Of a stretch of 64,000 nt of DNA, positions 1-10,431 are shown piece after piece; positions within the stretch are counted from its first letter, which is position 1; each line of letters opens with the position of its first letter. Under the pieces are notes generated by a model, which had not been told where the DNA came from, made no database searches, and saw only the letters and a program-made list of their open reading frames with translations. A program made the translations under genes and the position numbers. Where the stretch lies: positions 1 through 64,000 of the forward strand of contig JBDRWI010000002.1 of NCBI GenBank assembly GCA_039802265.1. The letters are read 5' to 3'. The stretch is from a candidate division WOR-3 bacterium. GTDB lineage: Bacteria; Hydrothermota; Tepidihabitantia; SM23-42; JAOAFX01.

Positions 1-1
1 G

Positions 2-682
2 AAAGAATGGGTTTTAAAAAATGTGAGCTTCAAGATCAAACCCGGTGAGAAAGTAGCATTTGTGGGTCCAACAGGTGCAGGCAAGACTTCAATAATAAGT
101 TTGCTCTCCAGGCTTTATGAGATACAAAAGGGAAGAATATTGATTGATGGTGTTGATATCAGGGATATAAAACTTGAATCACTACGTTCAAAGATTGGTG
201 TGGTGATGCAGGATGTATTCTTGTTTTCCGGTGATATAAAATCAAACATCCGATTGAATCTACCGATTGAGGATGACCGGGTAAAGGAAATTGCCGCATA
301 TATCAATGCGGATAAATTCATTGACCGGTTTCCCCATAAGTATGACGAAATGGTGATGGAAAGGGGAGTGACACTCTCTACTGGCGAGCGCCAGTTGCTC
401 TCATTTGCAAGGGTTTTAGCATTCAACCCGAAAATATTGATTCTGGATGAGGCAACAGCAAGCATTGATGCGGAGACCGAGCAGTATATCCAGGATGGAT
501 TGAAGAAATTGATTACAGGCAGGACCGCAATAATCATTGCCCACCGATTGAGCACAATAAAGGATGTGGATAGGATATATGTCCTACATAAAGGAGAGAT
601 AAAAGAAGTCGGAACCCATCAGGAACTGCTTGCAAAGAAGGGAATCTATTACCATTTATATCAGTTGCAACTAATGCATTAA
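2..682 (+). CDS. ABC exporter ATP-binding domain (MsbA/MdlB-like), 5'-truncated by the window edge
   Basis: Walker [10 protein letters not shown]-loop VMQD, signature LSTGERQ, Walker [17 protein letters not shown]; frame is open back to position 2 ([10 protein letters not shown]). Confidence 0.93.
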   Translation, partial: KEWVLKNVSFKIKPGEKVAFVGPTGAGKTSIISLLSRLYEIQKGRILIDGVDIRDIKLESLRSKIGVVMQDVFLFSGDIKSNIRLNLPIEDDRVKEIAAYINADKFIDRFPHKYDEMVMERGVTLSTGERQLLSFARVLAFNPKILILDEATASIDAETEQYIQDGLKKLITGRTAIIIAHRLSTIKDVDRIYVLHKGEIKEVGTHQELLAKKGIYYHLYQLQLMH

Positions 683-784
683 GTTAACTTCTAACCATTT
701 TGGTTTCTCCCAAAACTCTCTCAATTAGTTCCTCAACTCAATATTCACACTGAGTCTGCTTCACTTTTCTTCAGCCTTTAGGAA

Positions 785-820
785 CCCTCACCTTATCCTC
801 TTCCTTTCTAAGGGAGAGAG
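785..820. repeat. REP-like imperfect palindrome
   Basis: CCCTCACCTTATCCTCTTCCTTTCTAAGGGAGAGAG resembles the CCCTCACCC..CTCTCCC-nnnn-GGGAGAGG intergenic palindromes; a related sequence lies at ~19820-19850 on the opposite strand. Confidence 0.4.
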
Positions 821-943
821 AAGGACAAAATTCTGAATTCGTTTAAATTTCAGGTTAAAGCAGAATAATGTAGACTTTTGAGATCTGATTGCCTTTAAAA
901 TAATATGGATTTAAGTTTCAAAAAGTGGTCAGATATTCACCTA

Positions 944-971
944 TTGACTTTTGATATATTATTATTATAAT
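944..971 (+). promoter_or_regulatory. sigma70-type promoter, leaderless start at 977
   Basis: TTGACT-N16-TATAAT, ATG 5 nt downstream, no Shine-Dalgarno. Confidence 0.75.
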
Positions 972-976
972 TTTTT

Positions 977-2209
977 ATGATTTTGTTATCTATCATCTTC
1001 CTGATTGGTGATTTACAAATAACCACCCGCATTTACCGTTTTGAGGAATGTTATGTTGAATTGTGGTATCAGATACCAGTCAGGAATATCATTTCTTTAC
1101 AAGTGGCGAATCCAAACGAAAGAGAGTTTTCCTATAAACTTCTCTTAACTGCTGTGGGAGAAAAAGACACAACCGTCAGGAAGGGAATAAAACACTTTGT
1201 TTCAGATAGTGGTGATTATGTGTATGACTACTTTCCCCTCTGGTTATATCCGGACACTTTTTCTTATCAATTGTTTATCTCTGCGCTTCTAGAGAAGGCT
1301 ACTATTACTGGTGGTTTTAAAGTATTTAGCGATACCCTTTTATTTTATGCCAGTGATTTGGTGTTAGGTTTGAAGAAGATTAAAGGAGAATCGTTCAGCC
1401 GCCGGGGTATTAAGTTTCTTCCCCTTATCCTTCCACAATTTTCCAACTATGATACTCTATTTTCATATATTGAAATCTATGGTCTTGTACCGGATAGTTT
1501 ATTTTACACAGTTCATTATCAGATTAAAGATAGCCTTAATCAAATTGTTTATGAATGCAACCTCCGGCGTCCCAAGCTTGAATACACGCAGTTTGATACC
1601 ATTTCAATTCCTCTTTATTCTCTTAATGCTGCAGATTATACTCTTTCAGTTAATATCTATGAGCCTGCATTAAATACGACAGTCACAAGAGAGTGCAACT
1701 TCAGAGTAAAAGAGGTATTACCCGATATTCTCTGTGAGAAATTCGCCTGGGAGATAAAGTATCTGGTATCTAAAGAGGAATATGAAAGGTTTTCTAAAAT
1801 GGATTATAACCAGCAGGTCAAATATCTTAAAAAATTCTGGGCAAAGAGGAATTATAAGGAATTTGAAAGAAGACTCTTACAGGCTGATGAGATTTTTTCG
1901 GTTTCCCATTTAAAGGGTCGTGATACACCACAGGGGAAGTTTTATATACTGAAAGGACCACCGGACGAAATAAAAAAGTATGGTATTGAAAAGGAAGTTT
2001 TAGGTGATTTACTTCGTCCGGGAACAGATGTTGGACGGTCTCAGGAGTTATGGATCTATGAGCGGGAAGGTATACAGGTTTTATTTAGAGATACTGATAG
2101 TGATGGTGTCTATGAACTTGTCGGTGTGACAAAGATTGGTACTCAAGAGTTTCAAGAAAATCTAAAAGACAGGGAGGAGTTATGGAAGCACTTGTACAAA
2201 TGCGATTGA
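977..2209 (+). CDS. GWxTD-domain family exported protein (degenerate motif)
   Basis: Hydrophobic N-terminus; IKYLVSKEEYERF..YLKKFW..RLLQADEIFS..GRDTPQGKFYILKGPPDEI..ELWIY matches GWxTD domain layout. Confidence 0.7.
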   Translation: MILLSIIFLIGDLQITTRIYRFEECYVELWYQIPVRNIISLQVANPNEREFSYKLLLTAVGEKDTTVRKGIKHFVSDSGDYVYDYFPLWLYPDTFSYQLFISALLEKATITGGFKVFSDTLLFYASDLVLGLKKIKGESFSRRGIKFLPLILPQFSNYDTLFSYIEIYGLVPDSLFYTVHYQIKDSLNQIVYECNLRRPKLEYTQFDTISIPLYSLNAADYTLSVNIYEPALNTTVTRECNFRVKEVLPDILCEKFAWEIKYLVSKEEYERFSKMDYNQQVKYLKKFWAKRNYKEFERRLLQADEIFSVSHLKGRDTPQGKFYILKGPPDEIKKYGIEKEVLGDLLRPGTDVGRSQELWIYEREGIQVLFRDTDSDGVYELVGVTKIGTQEFQENLKDREELWKHLYKCD

Positions 2210-3504
2210 AAAAGATTTTTCTATTTATTTCTCTCTTTTTCATACTTTTTGCCTTTACCTGTGCCTTAAACATCCTGGCATCTAGATATTATCGCCTCTT
2301 AGAAAAAGAGCGGAAACTATACTTGGGATTGAGGGCGATTGATTCAATTTCGGCCGAAAAATATCTCAATCTACCATCGCCAACTGAAAGGAAGTATTTT
2401 TATGAAGAATACTGGCAGGGAAGAGAGAAAGAAAGAGAAGAGTTTGAAAAGAGGTGTGAATATGCATACAAGGAGTTTGCGCGCTACGCACCTCTATCTG
2501 ACGAACGCGTCTTGCTCTATGTAAAACATGGCAACCCAACAAGGCGGTATATAATAACACCAGAGAAGAAGGTTGGAATTGCAAGTAGAGAGTATGTAAG
2601 ACCAGCAGAGATATGGACCTATAAAGAAGAGGGGATTGAATTTGACCTTATAAGATTGGGTCGTGCCTATCAGGTGATTGCCCGGACCCAGTTTGGAGAT
2701 AAAGTAGAGATACCATTTTTAAAGGATGATACGGGTTCAGTAGTAATTGAACAGACACTGTCACCAGAGAAACTAAAGTTTACGGTATCAGTAGGCAGAT
2801 TCAGACAAAAGAAGAATCTTGTGCGGTTAGAAATCTACTCTCTTGTTACAATTGAAACTCAGGATGATTGTCAAATTTATCGTACTATCAGAATCTATGA
2901 CGAGAAAGACAATTTAGTTGAAGAAAGGAGCAATTTATTAAAACCTACTGGGGTGAAGGAACTCAACTACTATGACGAAAGCAATTTCTGGCTTACACCG
3001 GGGGAGTATTTCGTAAAGATGGAATATATTAATTTGAAAAATAGCAAAAGTGGAAAAACCGAATTTGCTGTTAATCTACTGGATTATAAGGACGATGCGA
3101 AAAAGATCAGTGACCTTGTCTTTGCCCGATTGATTGACGGGTCATTGACCGATGAAAAATTCTATAAGCCAGTAGGTCGCGTAATTCCGATGGTTATTTC
3201 CAAGCAACCGGTCGCAATGCCATTTTACCTATACCACGAGGTCTATAACCTGACGACCAAGGATGGAATGCATTTTCTTAAGATTGATTATGAAATCTAT
3301 AATAAAGACCAACTCCACAAGGAGATTGTGGACATACTATCCCAGAGCGAAAGCAGTGAGGGTGATGTTGCATACATTGCCTCTAAGTATCATCCTATGG
3401 ATCTACCTCCAGGAAGATATATCGTTGTCGCCCGGAATAAAGACCTTTTCAGCGGCGAAGAATTTTCAACGGTCGGGGAGTTTGAGTTGGAAAAGGTTAA
3501 ATAG
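2182..3504 (+). CDS. GWxTD-domain family exported protein (N-terminal domain, degenerate motif)
   Basis: ERKYFYEEYW..RCEYAYKEF..SDERVLLYVKHGNPT..EIWTY; C-terminal KISDLVFA beta-sandwich; GGAGGAG before ATG 2182 (alternative ATG 2200). Confidence 0.65.
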   Translation: MEALVQMRLKKIFLFISLFFILFAFTCALNILASRYYRLLEKERKLYLGLRAIDSISAEKYLNLPSPTERKYFYEEYWQGREKEREEFEKRCEYAYKEFARYAPLSDERVLLYVKHGNPTRRYIITPEKKVGIASREYVRPAEIWTYKEEGIEFDLIRLGRAYQVIARTQFGDKVEIPFLKDDTGSVVIEQTLSPEKLKFTVSVGRFRQKKNLVRLEIYSLVTIETQDDCQIYRTIRIYDEKDNLVEERSNLLKPTGVKELNYYDESNFWLTPGEYFVKMEYINLKNSKSGKTEFAVNLLDYKDDAKKISDLVFARLIDGSLTDEKFYKPVGRVIPMVISKQPVAMPFYLYHEVYNLTTKDGMHFLKIDYEIYNKDQLHKEIVDILSQSESSEGDVAYIASKYHPMDLPPGRYIVVARNKDLFSGEEFSTVGEFELEKVK

Positions 3505-3558
3505 AGTGTTATTTTGGCGGGCTTGACTTTCATGAAATCGGAATTATAATTGAAGAAG

Positions 3559-4893
3559 ATGAAGCCAAGGTTATCCACTCTTTTATGCCTTCTGGTTATC
3601 AGTTGTGGTGACTTAACGGTCCAATGGTTCTCCGAATTTTACCCGGTCGGTTCAGGTGATTGTCATATCAACAATATCTGTTATTTCAAAAATTTTTATG
3701 TTACCGGCTATAGTAAACTTAATGGCACAAGGTCGGCAATAATTGCCCAATATGATAATACTGGAAGACTATCTTGGTTCAAAATAAATGAGAATAATAG
3801 AAATAAGTTTAGTGAAGGTCTCTGGGTAACCGCAACTACGGAATTTAGCCTGAAAAATAACGGAGTCATATATCAACTAATGAAGACGTGTGATTTTGAA
3901 GAAAATAACAAACTCTATTTAATTAAATATGACAGTCTGGGCAAGGTTGTATGGGAAAAAGTAGTGCAAGAATCTAAATACGAAATTTCCGGTCAGATTT
4001 TTGTTGGCAGGGATTTTGCTATCTATATAGTTGGGATGATTGACTGTAAATCTGATTCAGGTAAGATATTTATTAAAAAGTATTCGGCAGCGGGAATTGA
4101 ATACATTAGCAATGAATATTCATTAAAAAGTTTACGGATTGGCAATTGTAAATTTTTACTTACTAACTCCAAGGAGATAGTCACTGCCGGTGTCTTGAAG
4201 GACAGAAATAATCTCTTTTATCTTCGGTTTGATTCGCTTGGCGCATTTAAAGAAATGATTGAATATAAAAGTGTTGAAGATGAGGTTGACCTTTGCGATT
4301 TCAAAATTGATGAAATGGGAAATCTCTACTTAACCGGTATCGTTTGGGGTATAAACTCTAAATTTGACTGGATAACCATTGTTTATAATAAAGACAATAG
4401 CCTTCGCTGGGTAAAGAGATATGATGGACTTGCGCATCAGGATGATATTCCAATGGGGATTCTTGTTGATGATTCGCTCAATGTCTATGTTGCGGGCGGT
4501 ACCAATAAAAGTGAAAATATGTGTGATATCCTCTTGATAAAATACAACGCAAATGGTGATACACTGTGGGCAAAAAATTTTTCGACAGAGGAAAGAGGTG
4601 AATCGATTACTCCGTTTTTTCTTAATACCGATATCACACGCCCTATAAGATGGAAAGGTATTAACTTTCTGTATATTACCGCCCTTAGTAGTAATAAAAT
4701 AATTCTGCTCAAGTATAATCTGGAAGGAAGGTTGATTAAATGCTACAGATATTCATTGAAAGACAAACCAATTAAATTAACGGCACAGGATGGTCTATTC
4801 ATCGCCTTAGAATGTGATGAAGAAAATATTACAAAAAGTTATCTTTTAGGGTTGGGACGGTTTGAATTGTTGGGAATAAATCGCTGGGATTAG
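3559..4893 (+). CDS. Lipoprotein with beta-propeller (SBBP-like) repeats
   Basis: Lipobox-like LVISC; repeats IKYDSLGKVVW, IDEMGNLYLTG, VDDSLNVYVAG, LIKYNANGDTLW; promoter TTGACT-N16-TATAAT at 3523-3550 favours ATG 3559. Confidence 0.7.
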   Translation: MKPRLSTLLCLLVISCGDLTVQWFSEFYPVGSGDCHINNICYFKNFYVTGYSKLNGTRSAIIAQYDNTGRLSWFKINENNRNKFSEGLWVTATTEFSLKNNGVIYQLMKTCDFEENNKLYLIKYDSLGKVVWEKVVQESKYEISGQIFVGRDFAIYIVGMIDCKSDSGKIFIKKYSAAGIEYISNEYSLKSLRIGNCKFLLTNSKEIVTAGVLKDRNNLFYLRFDSLGAFKEMIEYKSVEDEVDLCDFKIDEMGNLYLTGIVWGINSKFDWITIVYNKDNSLRWVKRYDGLAHQDDIPMGILVDDSLNVYVAGGTNKSENMCDILLIKYNANGDTLWAKNFSTEERGESITPFFLNTDITRPIRWKGINFLYITALSSNKIILLKYNLEGRLIKCYRYSLKDKPIKLTAQDGLFIALECDEENITKSYLLGLGRFELLGINRWD

Positions 4894-4916
4894 TGATGGG
4901 AAGAAAGGAGTCTTAA

Positions 4917-5717
4917 ATGAAAACTATCTTTTTTACAAAAATGGAGGCAACCGGGAACGATTTTGTCTTGATTGACAACCGGGAGGGCATATTCAATGAA
5001 GTTCTTCATAGTGAAGGCTTGAAGGACCAAATAAAGAAGATGCTGGATCGCCATTTTGGAATCGGTGGTGATGGTCTGATTGTGATGGAAGAGATAAAGG
5101 GTTATCCATTAAGTATGCGTTATTTTAATCAGGATGGTTCGGAGGCAGCGCTGTGTCTGAATGGTGCACGCTGTCTGGTTGGCTTTGCCTATCGTTTAGG
5201 AGTTGTAAATACCAAAGGAAAATTTCTAACGTCCACCGGACCGGTTGGTTTCTTTTATCAGGATAATAAGGTGAGTATTGAGGTTGCACCGCCAACGGAA
5301 ATAAAATTGAATTTAACAATCAGTTATGGTCGTGAGAAATATAAACTACATTCCCTGAAACTCGGAGTGCCCCATGTAGTATTATTCGTGGATAACTACG
5401 ATGATATTGATTTAGAGAAATTGGGTCCGGCAATTCGCAATCACAAGACTTTCAGTCCGGAAGGAACGAATGTAAACTTTGTGAAGCAGGAGGACAGAGG
5501 CCTTTTCGTGCGAACCTATGAAAGGGGAATAGAGGCAGAGACGATGTCCTGTGGCAGTGGGGCGGTTTGTTCTGCATATATTGCAACAAAACTATTCATT
5601 GCCGATTCGCCGGTAACGGTTAAAACTATGGGCGGCGAGCTTGTGGTAACTGTAAAAGATAAACTATACCTTGAAGGCCCGTTTTCTTTTCTTTATGATG
5701 GTACATACTATTTATGA
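4917..5717 (+). CDS. dapF: Diaminopimelate epimerase
   Basis: KMEATGNDF, RHFGIGGDG, N.DGSEAALCLNGARC, GVPHVV, NVNFV, RTYERG, TMSCGSG (two catalytic Cys). Confidence 0.93.
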   Translation: MKTIFFTKMEATGNDFVLIDNREGIFNEVLHSEGLKDQIKKMLDRHFGIGGDGLIVMEEIKGYPLSMRYFNQDGSEAALCLNGARCLVGFAYRLGVVNTKGKFLTSTGPVGFFYQDNKVSIEVAPPTEIKLNLTISYGREKYKLHSLKLGVPHVVLFVDNYDDIDLEKLGPAIRNHKTFSPEGTNVNFVKQEDRGLFVRTYERGIEAETMSCGSGAVCSAYIATKLFIADSPVTVKTMGGELVVTVKDKLYLEGPFSFLYDGTYYL

Positions 5718-6013
5718 ATTTTGAAATTCCGGTCGCTTAAATTTATTCCAGAAATTTCTTTGCCACCTGCTTCCTTCTTAAATGTGATCCGATTGGAAGA
5801 AATTATTTGGAATTGCAAAAATTTATATTTATGACATTTAAGGAATTTAAATTATGGGCATTATGAAAATTAGATAGCTTACTACAAGGATTAAAAGATA
5901 TACTTTGAAAGAGTTGCTAATAAGGCTAATTTGCTTGAATCTCTTATGGTAATTGATAATGTTTCAAAACCAAATTACTTGACTTTCGACGGAAATTAGA
6001 TATGATATAGCTA

Positions 6014-7522
6014 ATGGAAGAGATAGCAGAGAAGATCTCACCAACCGAGGAGAGATTTGAGAGGCTCAGAAAAACAATAGGATTTTTTTTAGGACTCATT
6101 ATTTTTGTAGTATTGTTACTACTTCCAATGCCCAGTCTTTCAAGAAATGCCCATTTTTTGTCAGCAATACTCGGCTGGGTAGTTATATGGTGGATAACCG
6201 AACCGGTTCCAATACCGATAACTGCGTTATTGGGCACGACACTCTGTGTGATAATGGGGGTTGATACAATGAAAAAGATATTTGCGCCTTTTGCTGACCC
6301 GATTATCTTTTTATTCATTGGTAGTTTTATTATTGCAAAGGCGATGATGGTGCACCGACTTGACCGCAGATTTGCGTTCCAGATTCTCTCGATTCCGGGT
6401 ATTGGAAAAAGTAGCAATCTGATCCTTTTTACACTCGGGCTTATTGCCGTGGTCATATCTATGTGGGTGAGCAATACTGCCACAACAGCAATGCTTTATC
6501 CAATAGGATTGGGAATTCTTAACACAATTGCTCAATTGCAATCAAAAGATGTAAAGAAAATGAAATATTCTACGGGTCTTATGCTCATTATTGCATACGG
6601 CGCATCGGTCGGTGGCATTGGAACGCCTGTGGGAACACCACCAAATCTTATCGGCATTGGATTGATTAAAGAACTTCTGGGTAAGAATATCACATTTTTC
6701 AGATGGCTGCTATTTGCAATACCAATGGTTGCGATAATGTATATAGTTTTGTTCTTATTACTCAGATTGTTATTTCCACCAGGATTTAAAGAGCTCTCCG
6801 GGATTGAAGAGTATGTAGGAAGAGAAAAGAAGGCGATGGGCAAAATTTCAACCGGGGAAAGGAATGTCTTGATTGCATTTTTGATTACGGTCTTTTTATG
6901 GGTATTTCCAGGTATACTGGCAATAATTTTGGGTTCTGATGCCCCCTGCTGCAAATGGTGGGAGGTGCATATACCCGAAGGGCTCGCGGCAATAGTTGGT
7001 GCAGTTATTTTATTTATTCTGCCATTAGACTTGAAAGAGAAAAAAGGGACAATTACCTGGAAAGAAGCGGTGGATATTGACTGGGGAACGATTCTTTTGT
7101 TTGGGGGTGGATTGTCTTTGGGTAGTCTGATGTTTTCTACGGGTCTGGCTGAGAATATTGGAAAAGGAATTTTGAGCCTCACCGGTGCCAAGGGTCTTTT
7201 TTCAATAACCGCAATTTCAATTTTACTTGCAATTATTACCAGTGAACTTACATCAAATACTGCTTCGGCAAATATGGTCATTCCAATAATGATATCGCTC
7301 GCAAAGGCGGCGAATGTCAATCCGTTTATACCTGCGCTTGGCGCCTGTCTTGGTTCAAGTTACGGATTTATGCTGCCGGTATCAACACCACCCAATGCAA
7401 TCATCTATGGCTCTGGTTACGTTCCGATTACAAGGATGATCAGAGCAGGAATTATCTTTGACCTTTTAGGATTTTTGATAATCCTTGCCGGTGTATTTTT
7501 ACTATTACCATTAATTGGATAA
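6014..7522 (+). CDS. DASS/SLC13 family sodium:di/tricarboxylate or sulfate symporter
   Basis: Many TM helices; WWITEPVP, SMWVSNTAT, GTPVGTPPN, SELTSNTAS, MLPVSTPPNAI. Confidence 0.92.
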   Translation: MEEIAEKISPTEERFERLRKTIGFFLGLIIFVVLLLLPMPSLSRNAHFLSAILGWVVIWWITEPVPIPITALLGTTLCVIMGVDTMKKIFAPFADPIIFLFIGSFIIAKAMMVHRLDRRFAFQILSIPGIGKSSNLILFTLGLIAVVISMWVSNTATTAMLYPIGLGILNTIAQLQSKDVKKMKYSTGLMLIIAYGASVGGIGTPVGTPPNLIGIGLIKELLGKNITFFRWLLFAIPMVAIMYIVLFLLLRLLFPPGFKELSGIEEYVGREKKAMGKISTGERNVLIAFLITVFLWVFPGILAIILGSDAPCCKWWEVHIPEGLAAIVGAVILFILPLDLKEKKGTITWKEAVDIDWGTILLFGGGLSLGSLMFSTGLAENIGKGILSLTGAKGLFSITAISILLAIITSELTSNTASANMVIPIMISLAKAANVNPFIPALGACLGSSYGFMLPVSTPPNAIIYGSGYVPITRMIRAGIIFDLLGFLIILAGVFLLLPLIG

Positions 7523-7578
7523 TGGATTTTTATAAATTTGCAGACTTGACAGGGGAAGTTTTAAGGATATAATAAATT

Positions 7579-9507
7579 GTGAATAAATTCCCTGCCTTTA
7601 TTTTTATAATTTTCAATTTTCTTAATGCTGGCGAGTTCATTAGGAATGGCAGTTTTGAAGATTCACTAAATTTCTGGAGTCCTTATGCACATGGTGAGAC
7701 TTATACACTAAATGTAGATGAGAACTATGATTCAGACCCGGATTCCGAAGTATATGTAGGAAGACTGGATAGATTGATAACCACAATCTATCAGGTCTGT
7801 TATGTACCAACCCTCGAACTCGACTTTTCTTTTAAGGCTCGTTTTTTTGCTAAAAGTTATGATACACTCCATCCACATCCGGCAATTGCATCAATTATAT
7901 TATCCTACCTTGATACTGATGAGAATGTTCTTGGCGAGACTCGCATTTTCTATTATGCAGAAAGTCTTTACTGGCAACCATCGCCAATTTTACATCTTAT
8001 TGAGATAAGTGATACAAATTGGTTTTCTGATACAATTGGTATTCTGAATGAATTACAGAATCTTCCGGGCGTCGTTCCTTCTGAGATTGCGAAATTAAGG
8101 ATAGTTTTATACTGTCAATCCTATGGTTGTTGACCGGGACACGCCGAGGCGAAGGTCTTCGCCGATGATATAAGCCTTGCATATAATGGAACATCTGCCC
8201 ATTGTACCTTAATTTCTTATTTTTTAGATGACTCGGCAGGAAATTTTAATGGCATTTTAGACCCCGGTGAGGAAGTAGAACTTTATTATCTACTTAAGAA
8301 TATTGGCGGAGTTGATATACAGAATTTGACCGGCGTTATTGTAAGTTCATCACCGTATCTTAGCATTCTAAATGGGAGTGCATATTTTGGTAGTGTTCCG
8401 ATTGATTCTCTAATAAAAAATTCAAATCCCTTCAGAATTCAGGCACTACCTAATGCACCCCACGGCACGAGTAGTAATCTTGATTTGATTTTGAATGAAA
8501 ATTCAGGTATTATTGACACAATCAGGATAAAGGTCATAATTGGCAAAAGAGATTATTTTGTCTGGGACCCGGACAGGAATAATTCAAGTGGTCCCATTGT
8601 TCATCTCATCCTTCAAAATCTTGGTTATACCGGTGATTACGCAAATGCACAATTTTATTCCTTTGAGCATCTGAAAAATTATAAATCACTTTTTGTGTGC
8701 AGTGGTGTGGCATATAATAACTATGTTCTGTTTAAATACAGTTCTGAGGTCGCAAAGGTAGCAGATTTTATAAACTATGGCGGCAATGTATATCTTGAAG
8801 GCGGTGAATGCTGGGCATTTGACCCGTTTGTAATGCACGGTTTTAACTTTAACCCTTATTTTGGCATTAAGCCGATAAACGATGGATATATAAACATGGG
8901 ACCGATTGAGGGTGAACCCAATACCTTCACTGACCATATGTTATTCAGATACTGTGGTGAGAATTTGTGGCTTGACGATATTGATTCTACAGGAAGCGGG
9001 TTCAGGATATTTCGTGATAACGATGACAATTACTATTGTGGAGTGGCAAACATAGCACCGGGATATAGAACTGTCGGAGTGTCATTTGAATTGTCCGGAC
9101 TTATAGATAACGAGCCATATACAAAGGCATCCCTTCTTGACTCAATAATGCATTTTTTCGGGATAAATCTTGTTGGTATTGAAGATTTAGAAAATCCGCA
9201 ATCCGCAATCCGCAATCCGCAATTTTTAGAAGTTTATCCCAATCCATTCAGAAATAACTGTGTGATTAAAGCCGAAATCCCAATACCTCAAGAAGCGAAC
9301 GGTCAGTACCCAGCAGTCAGTATAAAAATATTTAATGTAGCCGGCTGTTTGGTGAAACAATTTAACCATTTAGCCAATTGTCCATTTAACCAGATAGTCT
9401 GGTCTGGTAATGATGAACTGGGTCGCAAATTACCTGCTGGTATCTATTTTGTCAAATTGGAGGCGGGCGACTTCAAAAAGGTGGAGAAGGTAAATTTATT
9501 AAGATAA
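7579..9507 (+). CDS. Candidate secreted selenoprotein (CBM-like domain with in-frame TGA, C-terminal T9SS/FlgD-like domain), 642 codons if read through
   Basis: ORFs 7579-8133 and 8326-9507 are in the same frame with only TGA 8131-8133 between them; the intervening codons read PGHAEAKVFADDISL..DDSAGNFNGILDPGEEVEL; SECIS-like hairpin follows; C-terminal VYPNPF..IFNVAGCLVK..W.G.D..G..LPAGIYF. Confidence 0.75.
8134..8164 (+). promoter_or_regulatory. Putative bacterial SECIS element
   Basis: GGCGAA-GGTC-TTCGCC hairpin at 8148-8163; loop G lies 20 nt after the TGA; 23 of 31 nt are G/C inside an AT-rich gene. Confidence 0.7.
9193..9223 (+). repeat. (AATCCGC)4 heptamer tandem repeat in coding linker
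   Basis: Four perfect units plus AAT, encoding NPQSAIRNPQ just before the C-terminal domain. Confidence 0.9.
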
Positions 9508-9612
9508 GGGTGAAGAAGGAAGAATAAGGGTAAAAGGGGATAGAAGTTTTTAGACCGAATGCCGAAAGACAATAGACGATACTGGCTGCGAAACCGTATA
9601 ACGAGAGACGAA

Positions 9613-10431
9613 TTAGAAGGAGGGAGTGGAAGTAAATTGTAACAATCTTTCTTTATACTTTTTTGCCTGAATATAGCCTCTCTCAATTGCCTCTTTAGCC
9701 TTTTCAAACTGGCTTAGGCCAATACCGGTTGTATCAATGTCTATCCACACACCATTCTTGAGTTGTTTAATGTTATATTCAATCAATCTTGAACTTATCA
9801 AATCAAATGTTTTTACAAAGATATCTTTTATACTATATTCTTTTTCTGAATCTTGTTTGGCATTAATTTGAATTCGTGGATATTCAAATCTATGAAGAAC
9901 ATTTACTGCTATGACTTTTTTTGCACCAAGATTTATTGCTACATCTACGGGTACGGGATTAATAAATCCTCCGTCAATAAGAACCCTTCCGCTATATTTA
10001 TTGGGTGTAAATACAATCGGGATTGCTATTGAAGATCTTATCGCCTGAATCAGATCACCACGGTCAATAATAATTTCAACATTCTCTTCTATATCGGTAG
10101 CAACCGCCGCATATTTTATTGGCAATTCTTCAATTTTTGTATCACCAAGATAAGGCTTCAGGAATTTAATAATGTTTTTTCCATTAATAAACCCTTTTTT
10201 AGAGATATGGAATCTGAATAAGTTTTTCTTTTCCTTTTTGTCTATCTTTAATGCAATCTCTTCCATCTGTTTTGCTGTAAATCCCCTTGCATAAAATCCA
10301 CCAATCAGTGAGCCCATACTTGCACCGACAACAATATCCGGTTTAATATTCAATTCTTCAAGAAATTTAATTACGCCGATATGGGCATATCCTTTTGCTG
10401 CACCACCGCTTAAAACGAGACCGAGCATCAT
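9613..10431 (-). CDS. Patatin-like phospholipase
   Basis: LSGGAAKG, GASMG nucleophile elbow, DGG motif. Confidence 0.93.
   Translation of the reverse strand: MMLGLVLSGGAAKGYAHIGVIKFLEELNIKPDIVVGASMGSLIGGFYARGFTAKQMEEIALKIDKKEKKNLFRFHISKKGFINGKNIIKFLKPYLGDTKIEELPIKYAAVATDIEENVEIIIDRGDLIQAIRSSIAIPIVFTPNKYSGRVLIDGGFINPVPVDVAINLGAKKVIAVNVLHRFEYPRIQINAKQDSEKEYSIKDIFVKTFDLISSRLIEYNIKQLKNGVWIDIDTTGIGLSQFEKAKEAIERGYIQAKKYKERLLQFTSTPSF

Noticed and set aside
5944..7320. Long antisense ORFs (also 21918-22703, 20842-21348, 47291-47734, 51735-52175)
   Set aside because: Shadow frames opposite well-supported genes, with no motifs or expression signals.
8131..8133. Genome-wide UGA reassignment (code 4 or 25)
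   Set aside because: Conserved genes such as dapF, xerC, rocD and prfA end at TGA at their expected C-termini, and Trp is encoded by TGG.
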